Of a DNA stretch of 64,000 nucleotides, positions 28,186 to 62,960 are shown in pieces. The stretch is from Paragordius varius (Eukaryota > Animalia > Nematomorpha). The first letter of the stretch is position 1; the number at the start of each line of letters is the position of its first letter. The stretch spans positions 186,001 through 250,000 of the forward strand of contig OZ176058.1 in assembly GCA_964247055.1 (NCBI GenBank), written 5' to 3'. A model generated the notes under the pieces. It saw only the letters and a list, made by a program, of their open reading frames with translations. It did not search any database and was not told the DNA's origin. The translations under genes were made by a program, and so were the position numbers.

Positions 28186-29473
28186 TTATAATAAAATTTG
28201 ATTATATATAAATAGTATATTAAAACTTTTCATATTTTTATTTTTTTTGATTTATTATTTAATTATTTATTTTTAAATATTCTCAAAAAATTTTAATAAA
28301 AAGATTTTTTTAATTTTTTAAAATTTAAACATTTAATATATTAAATAATTTTATACATTTTATAAATAATTTTTTAATTAATTTATTTGAAATATTTTAA
28401 TTTTAATAAAATATTATTATTTTTTTGTTTTTTTTTATATAATTAAAAAATAATTTTATACATTTCAAATAATTTTTTAATGTTTATATTTATTTTAAAT
28501 ATTTTCTTATAAATTATTTATATTTATTAATTTTTTATATCATTTTATAAATTTTTAAATAAAAATTTTTTTCAATTTAAAAAATTAAAAATAAATATTC
28601 ACCTGAAAAAACTAATTTTTGTCCGGCAACTGGGAATTCGGCGCCAAATTCCTTCTCAATTTTTTGTTTTAAGATTTGAACCTAAAAATATAAATAATTT
28701 AATTTTTTAAAAATTTAAAAATTTAATATTTTAATAAATTAATTAAGATGTTTAAAATAATTAAAAAATATTAATAACCTTAAGGAATATTTATATATTT
28801 AAATAAAAAAATTTAATTTTAAATTTACATAAAAATGGTAAGAATTTTGATAATTCTAAAAAAATAAAATTAATATTGTTTATATAAAAAATTTAAATAA
28901 AAAAGTTAATATAAAATGTTAATTTAACATGATAGATTAAATAAAAATATTCAAGTTTGAAAAAATATATCAATTAAAGTAAATAAGTTTTAAAAAATTA
29001 AAATATATATAAAATATAAAAACTTATTTAAAATGTTTGAACAGGTAATATTGCTAAGAAAACGATTTCATATATAATTTGGATATAAAAAAGCTTCTAA
29101 AAATTTAAAAAAACTTTTAAAAATAAAATTTATTAAACATATTTAATATTTAATAACTTTTTTAAAAAAAATAAGATTTATACAAAATATTATTAAAAAA
29201 ATGTTTAAATAATTAATAAAATCTATAATTTAGAAATAAAAAATTTTTAAAAAAAGCTTATTATAAAACTAAAAAAGCATATTTCAACATATTTAATTAG
29301 TAAAGGCTTAAAAGCTTTTAAAAATAAAATTTATTAATCATATTTAATTTTTATAAAACTTTTTTTTCAAAAAATATAAATATATAATTTATTCTAAAAT
29401 AATTTACTGTATCTTGAGGTTCGGCTTCCACATTGTAAACTTTGTTTGAAATTGTTTTGATGGTTAATTTCAT
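15866..29473 (-). CDS. RAD23: UV excision repair protein RAD23 homolog (UbL-UBA1-XPC-binding-UBA2), 10 exons, 390 aa
   Basis: Exons in transcript order: 29473-29408, 28681-28603, 25097-24908, 24365-24286, 23899-23721, 21119-20960, 19227-19103, 18241-18139, 17244-17171, 15982-15866 (1173 nt, in frame). Peptides: [11 protein letters not shown] (UbL), SMGF...[16 protein letters not shown] (UBA1), [23 protein letters not shown] (XPC-binding), [35 protein letters not shown] (UBA2). Confidence 0.96.
18395..19102 (-). repeat. Donor-side echoes of RAD23 exon 7
   Basis: Copies of cttacttgaagta.ttc.gggttctgagcgccc at about 18410, 18550, 18700 and 19005. Confidence 0.88.
19690..22170 (-). repeat. Donor-side (19690-20955) and acceptor-side (21125-22170) echo arrays of RAD23 exon 6
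   Basis: Repeated aaaccagtttctacatcatctactg on the donor side; repeated atcagctgatgtctgagtcgccgccaaag...tggtggaattccct on the acceptor side. Confidence 0.9.
21491..21725. mobile_element. MITE family B copy (TIR CCATTTACAATTCAAATTCACCCT, flanked by TA) in RAD23 intron 5
   Basis: TA|CCATTTACAATTCAAATTCACCC ... GGGTGAATTTGAATTGTAAATGG|TA; non-coding AT-rich interior shared with the other family B copies. Confidence 0.85.
22190..23720 (-). repeat. Donor-side echo array of RAD23 exon 5, fragmented into a short-unit satellite
   Basis: atagatacttac|agtaaccaagtattcaac repeated about 8 times, plus many shorter atagata(c/g)tt(a/c)ac units. Confidence 0.9.
25100..27110 (-). repeat. Acceptor-side echo array of RAD23 exon 3 (7 copies)
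   Basis: gtgacgtcatcttt.aaaactttacctg at about 25370, 25750, 26130, 26340, 26690, 26895 and 27085. Confidence 0.92.
28142..28180. repeat. (TA)n microsatellite (representative; others near 6676, 7437, 9129, 14213, 25855, 26440, 35590, 43105)
   Basis: Uninterrupted TA run. Confidence 0.95.
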
Positions 29474-31041
29474 GGTTCAACTCAAATATGAAGCGTGTTT
29501 TACTTTAAAAAGTTAAAACACATGTGGTAAATTATTATAATATTTAAATTATAAAACTGAAATAAATATTTTTATCTGTTTTTACTTTAAATATATATAT
29601 TATAATATTATTATTTTAGCGAATATTACTATAGTGTTTATAATTAATTTTTATAATAGGATTTTTAAAGGTTAAAACACATGTAAAATTTCAAATTTAT
29701 ATTAACATGTAAAATTATTAAACTATTTTAATTTATATAAAAAATTATTTAGATATTACTATTTTTGCAAATATTATATAGTGTTTATAATTAAAATCTG
29801 ATTAATTTGGTTTGTTGTTAAAATCTTAGATATTGTTTAATATTACAATAAAACAGTAAAATCATAAAATTATTATCTGTTAAAATTATAAAATTAAAAT
29901 AAATTATCTATTTTATATAAAATATATAGTGTAACATTACTCTTTTAGCATTATAATATAATATAATAATTTTTAAATTATTCCTATAAGATGGTTTTTT
30001 GTCGTTAAAGTATGAGATTTATATTAAAACTTTGATACAATACATTAATTTCAGTACCCCGATTCAAATATGGGTATTTGTAGAACCCAGGGGCCTGTTT
30101 AAAATCGAATACTTTTTCAAAATACGGAAATTTTAACAATTGCAAGAATTTGCACTTAAAAATTAATTAACTGATATAAAAAAGGATTATTATAAAAAAT
30201 TGATATTATTTTATGGAAACTCAAGGTTAATCAATATAATTTTATTAGTTAAATCTAAATATTGCAAAATGCACTTTTTTTATTTCGCTCAATGTTTGAT
30301 GTAATTTTACCTTTAATCCCAATTATAATGAAAGTTCAAAATTATAAAAAAAACTAAAATAGTAAATACAATTGTTCTATATAACAATGTATAGTAATAA
30401 ATTATTTGGTATATTTTAGAATTCTAATAATAACTATTAGAGATTCAAGATTATTCATTGCTGCTAAATTATTAGCCTTTATATCCATTATAAATGTTTT
30501 CACAGTATAATGTATAATGATATCCACCCTATTTCATGTTATAAAAATGATTTTAACCAGTTTAAAATTTAATTTTAAATTTATTTATACATTCTATTTT
30601 TAGGTTTATATCAATCTAAATTAGTTTTTTCCCAAAAATCTATAACTTATTTCAAAATTCGATATTGTTTAATTTAGTTTTTTCAAAAAACTATTTATTT
30701 TATTTCAAAATTCAATATTGTCTACAATTCCTGTAAACAAAAAACTCTCTGAAATCTCCCCTCCTCTACGATTACTAAAATAATTTAAACTATTTCTTTT
30801 GTTCTTTGGGTATATATAAAAGTCTTACCATTTGCAATCTACAGTATGTTTAAAAATCTAAATCCCTTTTTGATATGATTCCCACAAAAGGTAAAAACAA
30901 AAAAAAACAAATAATTTTTAAAGGAAACCCGTACATTCATTTGAACTGAAATATTTTATGTCCGATGAATTTTCTAGAATTAATCTCCTTAAAAGAAATT
31001 TATTATAACATGTAACTCAAAGTACAATGGTATTTAAGATA

Positions 31042-31320
31042 TACCATTTACAATTCAATTTCACCCTTAAATAATTCGAATTCATCCTTGAACAATTCAA
31101 ATTCACCCTCATATAAAATATATGTGTTTTTTAAAAATAAAAATTACCAATATTTTTATATATTTACAAAAATAAAATATTGTTTCAAATTATAATAATA
31201 CACTATAACATAAACATATATTTCATATTAATAATGAGTTATATTAGTTCGAAAATACATAATTTATTTTTAGGGTGAATTTGAATTGTTCAAGGGGGTG
31301 AATTTGAACTGTAAATGGTA
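31042..31320. mobile_element. MITE family B copy
   Basis: Same TIRs, TA flanks and interior (catattaataatgagttatattagttc) as 21491-21725. Confidence 0.85.
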
Positions 31321-32614
31321 TATGTCTACGAGAAACAGTAAAATTTTATATTGTTTTCGGTTTTTTGTGGCTTTTGATTTACAAAAATTATTTAACGTTT
31401 TTTGCAATAATTTTATATCGAAAATGGCAAATTTTGCCCACATTTTCCCTTATATCAATTTTTTTTGTTGAAAGTTAAAGGCTTTATTTTAATAAATATT
31501 TTTATAAAGATAAACTATATTTAATTAAGATGGCAATATAATTATATTGGCTATACTAGATCTGCGTTAACCAACACACTCAAATAACTTCATGGAGTGG
31601 AATTTTTAAAGAAAAAACTGTTTAACAAATAATTTATATTAGATTTTAAATATAAAACTGTAAAAAAACTATTTATTTTAACATTTTTGGCTAGTTTATT
31701 GCAAAAATTTGCCAAGATTTCATTCAGAAAGTTTGTTTAAGAAACTCAAATTAAGGTATATTTTGTCAAATTTTATATTTGAAATTTCTCGTTGGAGGGC
31801 GACGTGTAGAACACCCCTGGGCTAGTTGATAATATCAAGAAAAGGGATTTTTAGTAAAAAAAATAATATTAATTAAAATTTAAAATGTCTTTATATTTTT
31901 ACATTCTGTCCGTATAAATCCAATTTTTAGTGCACTTACTATATTTTATATAGGAATATCAAGATTTAAAAAGTATGGTTGTCATTTAGATAGAAATGTT
32001 TGTCTTTATATTTTTACATTTTGTCTGTATAAATCCAATTTTTACTGTAATAAACTTGAATTGGTTCTACACATTTCAAATTTTATTAATGCCCCCCAAA
32101 ATAATTAAAAACAATATATTTAAAGAACAAAATTAACGGATTAAAATACAGTAATTTATAATCTAGATACAGTAAAAATTGAAATTATACGAAAAACAAA
32201 ATGAAGAAATATAATTTTTTTTTAAAGATAACCATACTTTTCTAAAACTTAATTTATCCTATAAACTTTAAATTAAAATCATAAAATACATAATTTATTG
32301 TGTTACAATTGACATTTCTATAGTATACTTTGTAGTGTAATACAATGAGTTATATTTATAAAAATTAAATTTAAAAAAGAATCGTTATTTTTTTAAAAAA
32401 ATCTCTTTATATTTTCCCGTTTTGTCCGTATAATTTCAACTTTTTTGGATTTACATAATCTAAGCAAATTCCATTGAAAACGGATATTATTTAAAAGAAA
32501 CCATGTAAAAATTAAAAGACAACCATACCTTAAACCTTATTATTGTGTCTTATTAATGTAAATTGCAAATTAATTAGATATATATATTAAAATACTATTT
32601 TTAGTCAAAATCAA

Positions 32615-33090
32615 CATCTTTTTAGTTGCGTTTACTTAAAAATGTGTTGCGTATGTTGAAAAAATGTTGTGTTTTTTTGAAAAAATGTTGTTTACTTTCA
32701 AAAGTGTTGCGTTTGAATTATAAAATTGTATCTTTAGTTAAATATATGCTTTTTTTAAAAAAAAATGCTGTCATTGGAAAAAATGATGTTTTTGCTTAAA
32801 ATGTTGCGTTTGATTGAAAAATTTTTGCTTTAAAAAGTGTTGTGTTTAATAAATGTTGAATTTTTTTGAAAAAAATTGCATTTCTTTGAAAAGGTGTTAC
32901 AATTAATTAAAATGTTGCACTTGCTTGAAAAAATGTTGCGTTTGCTTGAAATATTGTCTTTCCTTGAAAAATGTTGTTTTTGCTCAATAAAAATGTTTTT
33001 GCCTAAAAATAAAACGCTTGATTAAAAAAATATTGTTTTTGCTTAAAAAAGTGTTGCGTTTACCTAAAATGTTGCTTTTGTCTAAAAAAG
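32615..33090. repeat. Degenerate minisatellite, unit about 21 bp (AAAATGTTGCGTTTGCTTGAA)
   Basis: About 20 recognisable units with a tgttgcgttt core separated by A-tracts. Confidence 0.8.
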
Positions 33091-33348
33091 GGTATTTTAT
33101 TAACTATTTTACGATTGTGATTAAATAATTTATATAGGATAATTCAAATTAAAAAAATTAAAACTGATTCCTTTTTAAAAAATATTTGACTTTTTATTTT
33201 TACGTTTTGTGTATAATTTTTACTGTATTAATAATTTTTGTAGGATAATTCAAGTTTAAATAAACAGTACAAATTATTATTTTTAAAAAATATTTGTCTT
33301 TATATTTTTACGTTTTGTCGGTATAATTTTCAAGTATGTATGGTTACT

Positions 33349-33653
33349 TACATTAAAAACTGAAATTATACGGACAAAACTCGTAAAAATATAAAGACAT
33401 ATATTTTTTTTAAAAGACCTTAACCATAGTTTTTGCAACATAAATTAATCCTAGTTAAATACTTAATTAAAAAAACCTAAAATATATAATTGATTATGTT
33501 ACCAATATACATCTCTATTTTATATAATTTGCAGTTTAAAACAATCATTTATATTTAAATTAATTTAAGATTTAAAAACTATGGTTGTTTAAAAAAAATA
33601 TTTTTCTTTAAATTTTTACATTTATTGTCCATAGAATTTCAATTTTAACTGTA
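33349..33653. mobile_element. MITE family A copy (about 300 bp)
   Basis: gaaattatacggacaaaac ... ttgtccatagaatttcaattttaactgta; interior (ttaccaatatacatctc) shared with the 13083 copy. Confidence 0.8.
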
Positions 33654-34274
33654 TTTACAAATTTAATTTAAAACAATCAATTTTATTGGTAATCCAAATT
33701 TAAAAAATTACAAATTAACTTTTAGAAAAAAATATTTATCTTTATAATTTTAAGTTTTGTCCATAGTTCAATTTTTACTGTATATATGAGATTAAACTTG
33801 TTCTTAATTAGATGTCCCATTTTTTCAATTTTGATAATATTATTTAATATTTTTTTAAGTATTCTGACTTTTTCTTAGTTTAATATAATGGGAATTAAAA
33901 ATTTATTTGGAACTGAAAATTCTTAAATCTTATTAGAGTTATATTTAATATACTTATACTTTTTAAGTATTTCCACTAATTTTTCTCGAATTTTTAATGA
34001 TAAAAAAACAATTTATTTAACATTTTATTACCTTTGGAAGGCGTACTTTAATTAATATCTACAGCTGTATAAAAATTAGATAGTGTAAAAATTGAAATTA
34101 TACTATCAAAACGTAAAATATAAAGACAAATTTTTTTCTCTATAGACCATCTCATATTTAAATCTTATTTTTAAATATTACTCATTATTCATGAAATAGT
34201 GATATATATCATTAAAACAATAAATTCTATATTTTAAAGTAACTAAAAAGGTTATATGAAAAAAATTAAGGTTA

Positions 34275-34545
34275 TAACATTTACTATTCAAATTCACCCC
34301 CTTGAACAATTCATCCAAAAATTAAATTAAAAATTACTTATATTTTAATAGGTATTTTTGAAAAATAAAATTTTTCGTTTAAATTAAAAATTATATACTT
34401 GAAAAAATAATAAACTATGCGCCATATAGATATATTTCATATAAAATATAAGTTATATTAGTTCCCTAAAAACATATAATTTATTTTTAGGGTGAAATCA
34501 AATTGTTTAAGGGAGAATTTGAATTGTTTAAGGGTGAATTTATTA
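34275..34545. mobile_element. Degenerate MITE family B copy
   Basis: ttcaaattcacccccttgaacaattc on the left; several agggtgaa..ttgaattg units on the right; family interior present. Confidence 0.7.
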
Positions 34546-35582
34546 TTGAAATTTATATTTTAAAAATTAAATCAAACTAAAAAACTTAATAATTTTAAAT
34601 TTATTAATTTTTTTTAAATCCAATTTATTTGTGTGCACAAATGTAACATAAAATGATTGCCAATATCAATATAAAGTAAGTATGCGCAGGTGTGAGTACA
34701 AAATTATCATAAAATCATAAAAACAGGTGTGTTAAATATAAAAATCAGCTGTTTAATATAAAATTATAAATTTCAATTGTAAATTAAATTAAGATGAATT
34801 ATAATTGAGAGTAGGTTTTATATAAATAAAACATTTTTGAATCAATTGTTTTTTTCAATATAAAATTTAAATTATAAATTCAATTAAATATATATATACA
34901 TGTTTTTAATTAAATCAGCTGTTTTATATAAAAATCATAATAAAAAGCATAATAAATTATAAATTTCCATTGTATATTAAATTAAGATATAATTGAGAAC
35001 CTATTTTATATAAATAAAACATTTTTGAATCAAATTTTCGTATGTAAAATTTAAATTATAAATTTATGATTTATAATGTTTTTTATTAAATCAGCTGGTT
35101 TACAGATCATCAGGTCAAAAACATGTGTTAAATAAAAAATCAGCTGTGTTTTACAAAAGCATAAAAAAATTTATATAAAATATTTTTATTATAAATAATA
35201 ATATAATAGGATAACCGGTTTTTTAAAAAACATATTTCATAAAGTATTTTATTGTGTAATTAATGTTAACATTGGATTTATTAAATTAAATCAGCTGGTT
35301 ATAATTAATTAAATTATGGAAACATATTTTGATATTGTATCAGCTGTTTAATCTATACTATTGTATAAAATATCAATTTTTTTTAATATTTAGAATTAAT
35401 ATTTGTATAACCGGATTAAAGAAGAAAAACATTTTTTAAATAATTTTTTGATATTAAAAATAAAAACATATGGTTGTATAGCACAGCTGTTTTTACGTTA
35501 TAAATAAAATATAATTTATAATAATTTTTTAGTAAAATAAATTAAAGATAACATTCCAATATTTATATAATATATATATATA

Positions 35583-35627
<45 letters not shown>

Positions 35628-35661
35628 TTAAATAATTTTTTAATAAAATATAAAAAAAAAA

Positions 35662-57306
<21,645 letters not shown>

Positions 57307-58863
57307 TAATTTGCTGACATTTTCTATAAAATAAAAACGCTTGAATTTTGACACAAATGCAAATTAGTCTTTTTCAAGATTTGTGTGGATATGTTTTGAT
57401 GTTTTCACTTTAGTTTTCTGTCAAAAAGTATAAAATATAAAAAAACTTGATTAATTAGTTAGATATGTTTCTAAACTTTTTGTTTTTCTGAGTATTTTTT
57501 ATTTCTTTAGGCGATCTTTGATGACATAAAATTATAATAGAAAAAATACGTCGATTCAAATAATGAATGTAGATGAAACAGTTGATATTTAAAAATTATT
57601 TTGTTGGAAATATTAAAATTTATTAACTTTTAGGATGTTTTTATAAGATTTATAATAAATTGACCTAAAAAATTGCTAAAGGCTTAAAATATTTCTCTTG
57701 TGGGTTTTTTTAAAGATTTCGGACTCTCTTAAATATACCCTTAAATATTTAATGGTTTATTACAATAAATATTGAACTATACGGACAAAACGCAAAAATA
57801 TAAAGACAAACATTTGTTATCGAAAAGACTTTTATACTTTTTAAAACATTAACTTTGTCTCATATTATATATACATTTGTAAAATATTGATTTGATTGTA
57901 TAAGTATTCAATTTCTATTATTTAAAACTATGAGTAATATTGAAATAAATCAAGATTTGAATAATAAGGTTCTTTTATTATCTGATAGGGCATTAAGGTA
58001 GTAACTTTGTAGATTTAAAAGTGAGCTACGCCTAAAATTTTTGCCCCCCCCCTTCCCCCAATAAAATCAGCTGTTTTTTGTTAAAATAATTGCAATTTTT
58101 TTAGATTTGCAATAATATCTCATATATATATATATATATGCTAGATTATTCCATCAAAATTATATTTTTGAAACAATGTTTAATCGATTAACAGGAGAAA
58201 AATACTTTATTTTTTTCAGATAGAATTATTTATTATTTATAGCTTGATTTTTTATTCGCTTAAAACCTAAATTAAAATAGTTGTTTGTTTTAGAATAATG
58301 AAATTATACCATGGACTAAATCTAAATATAAAGACAAAAAACTTTTTTTAAAAACAACCATTTTTTTAATCCTTAATTAGTCCTATAAAAAAACATTTAA
58401 TTACAATCGTAAAATACATAATTGATTGTGTTACCAATTTAAATTTCTTTATTGTTTGAAGTTTAAGATAACGAGTAATGATAAAAAACATGGTTTAAAA
58501 AATATGGTTTTCTTTTAGAAAAAAATATTGGTCCTTATTTTTTTTACGTTTTTTCCGTATAATATTAAATTTTACACTAAAAACAACTAAATTTTAAACA
58601 AAATGGATCATAAAAAATCTTGATTTCATAGACGAACAGATATTCCACTTAAACTAGAGGTAATGAAAATGTTTGCCCCAAATTATATATAAATTTATTA
58701 TATTTTTTCGATAAAAACTTTACTATAAAAGTCGAAAATTAAAATATATATTTTTTTTCTATTTGTACGCATTTCAGCTTAATTTTACTAAAATTCTAAA
58801 ATACAATGCATAATTCTCTCAATTTTTAATAAAATGTTTAAAAATGTTTTTTATATATTTTCA

Positions 58864-59312
58864 CCATGTTGCAAATGACTAAATATGTTAAAGACCGACC
58901 ATATTCTAATTGATATATATTTTAAAAAGCTATTGAAAGAAACAATTCTATTAATTTAAGTTTTTATATACTTATTTCCAAATATTATATAAATATGCAA
59001 AAATATATCTAAATAAATTTAGTTTTGAATAAAAAATCTATATCAAACTAATTCGACGCCAATTTTGCAAAATATCGTGTTTAATTGATTCTAAAATTCT
59101 CCATTTTGCAAATGACTAAATATGTTAAACATATTCAAAATGATATATTTAATAAACTATTGGAAGAAACAACTCTTTTAATTAAAATATATACTTATTT
59201 CAAAATTACAATTATATAAATAAGCAAAAAAAAATCTAAATAAAATTTAGTTTTAATAAAATTCAAATTAATTTAACGCCATTTTTGCAAAATATCGTGT
59301 TTATTTGATTTT
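58864..59312. repeat. Diverged tandem duplication of about 235 bp
   Basis: ttgcaaatgactaaatatgttaaa ... acgcca.ttttgcaaaatatcgtgttta occurs at 58864-59090 and 59101-59312. Confidence 0.85.
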
Positions 59313-60550
59313 GAGATTAAAATAAAGTTTACTTTTTTATTGAAATCAAATCTAACACTAATATAAATGGATTATAGTTTTTTATTTTTTTTTTCACACA
59401 TGTCATATTAGCTAAATATTTTTTGCGTTTTGCTTTTGAATAAAATATAATTTTATTTAAAATTTTAAAGATTTTTTTATATTTCGGTTCATTAAAGTTA
59501 TAAAAGTATATATTTTTTCCATATTTTTAATTTATGACATATTTTTTTAAAAAATATTTAATTTTTAACAGGTTTGGGGTACCCAAAGACCCTTTTTGAA
59601 TCCAAGGACTGAAATTTATACATTATAAATGTTAAAATATAATGAAGGCATTTTTTACAAAAAAGTTTTGTTGGAATAACCTACTAAATGTTAAAAATTT
59701 TAGAATAATATAAACATTTAGTTTTCAAAGAAAAACTTATTATTTTTGTTAAAAAAAATTTAATTTTTCTATTTACCACAAACGCAAAATCTTTCTTGGC
59801 CTATAAGGAAAACCCTAAAAGAATCAAAAAATATTTTGTAAAAAATATAATTTTATGTTAAACACGTATGTTTGAATATTTTTATTTCAAAAAAATAATT
59901 TTTCTAAATGTGTGTATTTCTGATTTTTCTCTATGGAACAATAATCTATAAAATAAAAGCAAAGAAAATAGACTTGAAATTCACAAAAGTTTAAATATAA
60001 GAATTGTAATATATATCAATATAAAAATTTACAATTTGCCATCTTAAAAAAGATATGAATTAAAAAATTGAAATCGTTGAAAATTGCAATAAAAATGTGA
60101 AATTATACCAAATAATATAAATTTGAAAATAATTAAGAAAAAAAGTGGGTATTTCCAGTTAAGAATCAATTAAAAAATAAATAATATTAACTTTAAATTG
60201 CTATTATATTTGCTTTATATCAAATTCGCTGGAGTTTATTTCTATTAACAATACTGATAAAAACATCCATAATATTAAATACAGTAAAAATTAAAATATT
60301 ATACCAAAGGACAAAACTTAAAAATAAAAAAGATCATTTTTTTTCTTAAAGACAACTAACCACACTTTTTAAATCTTGATTTTTTGAATAAAACTCATTG
60401 TTTTAAATAGCAAAGTGTGAAATAGAAATATATATATAATTAAACAATATCAATTTTATATTTAACAATCGTAAATACCTACCTAGCTTATAGACGAAAA
60501 TTAAAAAAGTATGGGGTTGTCTTTTTAAAGAAAAAAATATGGTTGATATA

Positions 60551-60820
60551 TACCATTTACAGTTCAAATTCACCCTTAAATAATTCTAATTCACCCAAAA
60601 ATAAATTATGTGTTTTCGAACTAATATAACTCATTATTAATATGAAATGTATGTTTATGGTATAGTTTATTATTTTTTTCAGTATTATTTTAATTTTAAA
60701 CCAAAATTTCTATTTTTTAAAAAATATATAAAATATAGGTAATTTTTAATCTTAAAAACATGTTATTTATTTGAGGGTGAATTTGAATTGTTTAAGGGTG
60801 AAATTGAATTGTAAATGGTA
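60551..60820. mobile_element. MITE family B copy, opposite orientation
   Basis: Same TIRs and TA flanks; interior is the reverse complement of the 31042 copy. Confidence 0.85.
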
Positions 60821-62399
60821 TATATAAAAAGCCTGAATTTCACTTTTCAGAATATCATATATTTATTTCTGATACTAATTATTTTAGATAAAATTTCTAC
60901 AGTAAAAACTCAAATTATACGGACAAAACGTAAAATATATAAAGACAAATACTTTTTTCAAAAGACAACCCCATACTTAAATCTTGATTTATTTTAATGT
61001 AACTTAGTGTTTTAATTGACAAAGTTAAAATAGATTTATAAATAAAAAATTTGCCTTACATAAATATATTGATCACTCAAAATAATAAAATAAAAAAAAA
61101 TTAATTCACTTTTCTGGATATCATATATATTTCGTGTGATACTAATTATTTTAGATAAATCGATATTTCTACATTAAAAGTTGAAATTGTTGAATACGGA
61201 TGGACAAAACTTAAAAAGCTTAAAGACAAAAATTTTTTTTAAAGACAACATACTTTTTATTTGAATTAATTTAATATATTTCTGATTGTTTTAAATTATA
61301 AAATAGATTTAGTTACCAATAAACATCTTTGTTTTTATGGACATAAGGTAAAAATATTTAGACAAATATTTTCAAAAGACAACCATAGTTTTTAAATCTT
61401 AATTAAACATAATATATATCTGATTGTTTTAAATTGCACATTATATAATAGATTTCATTAGCAATAAATATTTTTATATCTATAAACAAAAGATAAAAAT
61501 ATAAAGACAAATATTTTTTTCTAAAACGCAACCCTATACTTTTTAAATCTTGAATTATATCAATATAAATCATTGTTTTGAATTACATTATAATTTAGTT
61601 AGCAATAAACATTTTTATTTCTATGAATAAATGTAAAAATATAAAGACAATTATTTTTTTTTCAAAAGACAACCCTATACTTTTTAAATCTTGATTTATA
61701 TCAATATAAATTATTGTGAATTATATTCTAATTTATAAACATTTTTATTTCTATGGACAAAACGTAAAACACATAAAGACAAATATTTTTTTTAAATACT
61801 TTTTTAATCTTGAAATAATTTACCGATTGTTTTAAAATGAAAATCATATTATGATTGTGTTACTAATATACATTTTTGTTTTCTAGTTTATAGTTTGAAA
61901 CAATAAGTATAATTTAGAAAAAAAATGAAGGTTTTTAAAGGTAGGGATTTGTCTTTTGAAAAAAAAATTACGTTTGTCCTTCCGTATAATTATAATTCCA
62001 TTACTTAATCATGCGTTTTTTAGATTTGGAAAAATTTTGCCATAAATAAAGACTTGTAAAAAAATTTTGTAAAAATTTTTATAATTATAATATTTAATTT
62101 TTAATATAAGATTGAGGACGAAGGAATATCCTAATCAAATACATATATTTATATCTAAAAGATAATCCTCCATACTTTTTCAATGCTTAATTTTTCTTGT
62201 ATAATTATTTATAATATTTTCAAGTTTTGTCCGTATAAATTCAATTTTTACTGTATATATAGATATATAAGCAATCGTCTTCATCATAAAATTTAAAGAG
62301 CATTTAAAAATATATTACTGGTCTAATATAAATTTCATAACTGTTTAATAAGATATTTATACTGACAATAAATACCTCAAAAAAATTTAATATAATATC

Positions 62400-62960
62400 T
62401 ATAACTTAAATTCACCCCCCTTGAACAATTCAAATTTACTCTTGAACATTGTAAATTCACGCTTGAACAATTCAAATTCCCCCTTAAACAATTCATTCCT
62501 TGAACAAATCGATTTCACCCTTGAACATTTCAAATTCACCCTTGAACATTTTAAATTCACCCTTGAACAATTCAAATTATTTACCCTCGAACATTTCAAA
62601 TTCACCCTTGAACGATTCAAATTTACCCTAAAATAAATAAGTTTTTTATGATTAAAAATTATTACTTTTATATTAAAATAAATTCTGTGTTTAATATTTA
62701 TATAATGCTGAAAAATATTAACTATATCATAAAAATATATTCATATTAATGAGTTATATTAGCTGCCCGAAAATAATTAATTTATTTTCAAGGGTGAATT
62801 TATATTGTTCGAGGGTGATTTTAATTGTTCGAGGGTTATTTGAATTGTTCAAGGGTAAATTTGAATTATTCGAGGGTTGAGTTGTTTAAGGGTGAATTAG
62901 AATTGTTAAAGATTGAATTATAAGTGAAAATTTAAATTTTTCAAGGATGAATTGAATTTT
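62400..62960. mobile_element. Family B element with expanded inverted arrays of the 21-bp subterminal unit (foldback-like)
   Basis: About 11 copies of TTCACCCTTGAACAATTCAAA at 62405-62630, family interior, then about 8 inverted copies at 62790-62960. Confidence 0.8.

Larger units (their letters stand above)
31860..34160. mobile_element. Cluster of family A copies in the RAD23-GPT intergenic region
   Basis: TIR fragments at 31880-32050, 32168-32450, 33180-33330, 33720-33785 and 34085-34150. Confidence 0.7.
57770..62255. mobile_element. Cluster of family A copies upstream of GPT, including a tandem stack of TIR-derived units at 61160-61995
   Basis: TIR fragments at 57775-57850, 58300-58575, 60280-60545, 60897-60990 and 62150-62255; five to six roughly 120-bp units (aaagacaaatatt...aaaagacaaccctatac...) at 61190-61810. 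Confidence 0.7.

Noticed and set aside
58015-58065. C-run (gccccccccttccccc) as a G-quadruplex or transposon end
   Set aside because: Only two G-tracts on the minus strand, and no matching partner terminus found.
62399-62636. Two overlapping ORFs with 7-aa repeats (FTLEHFK / CSRVNLK)
   Set aside because: By-products of the 21-bp MITE subterminal repeat.
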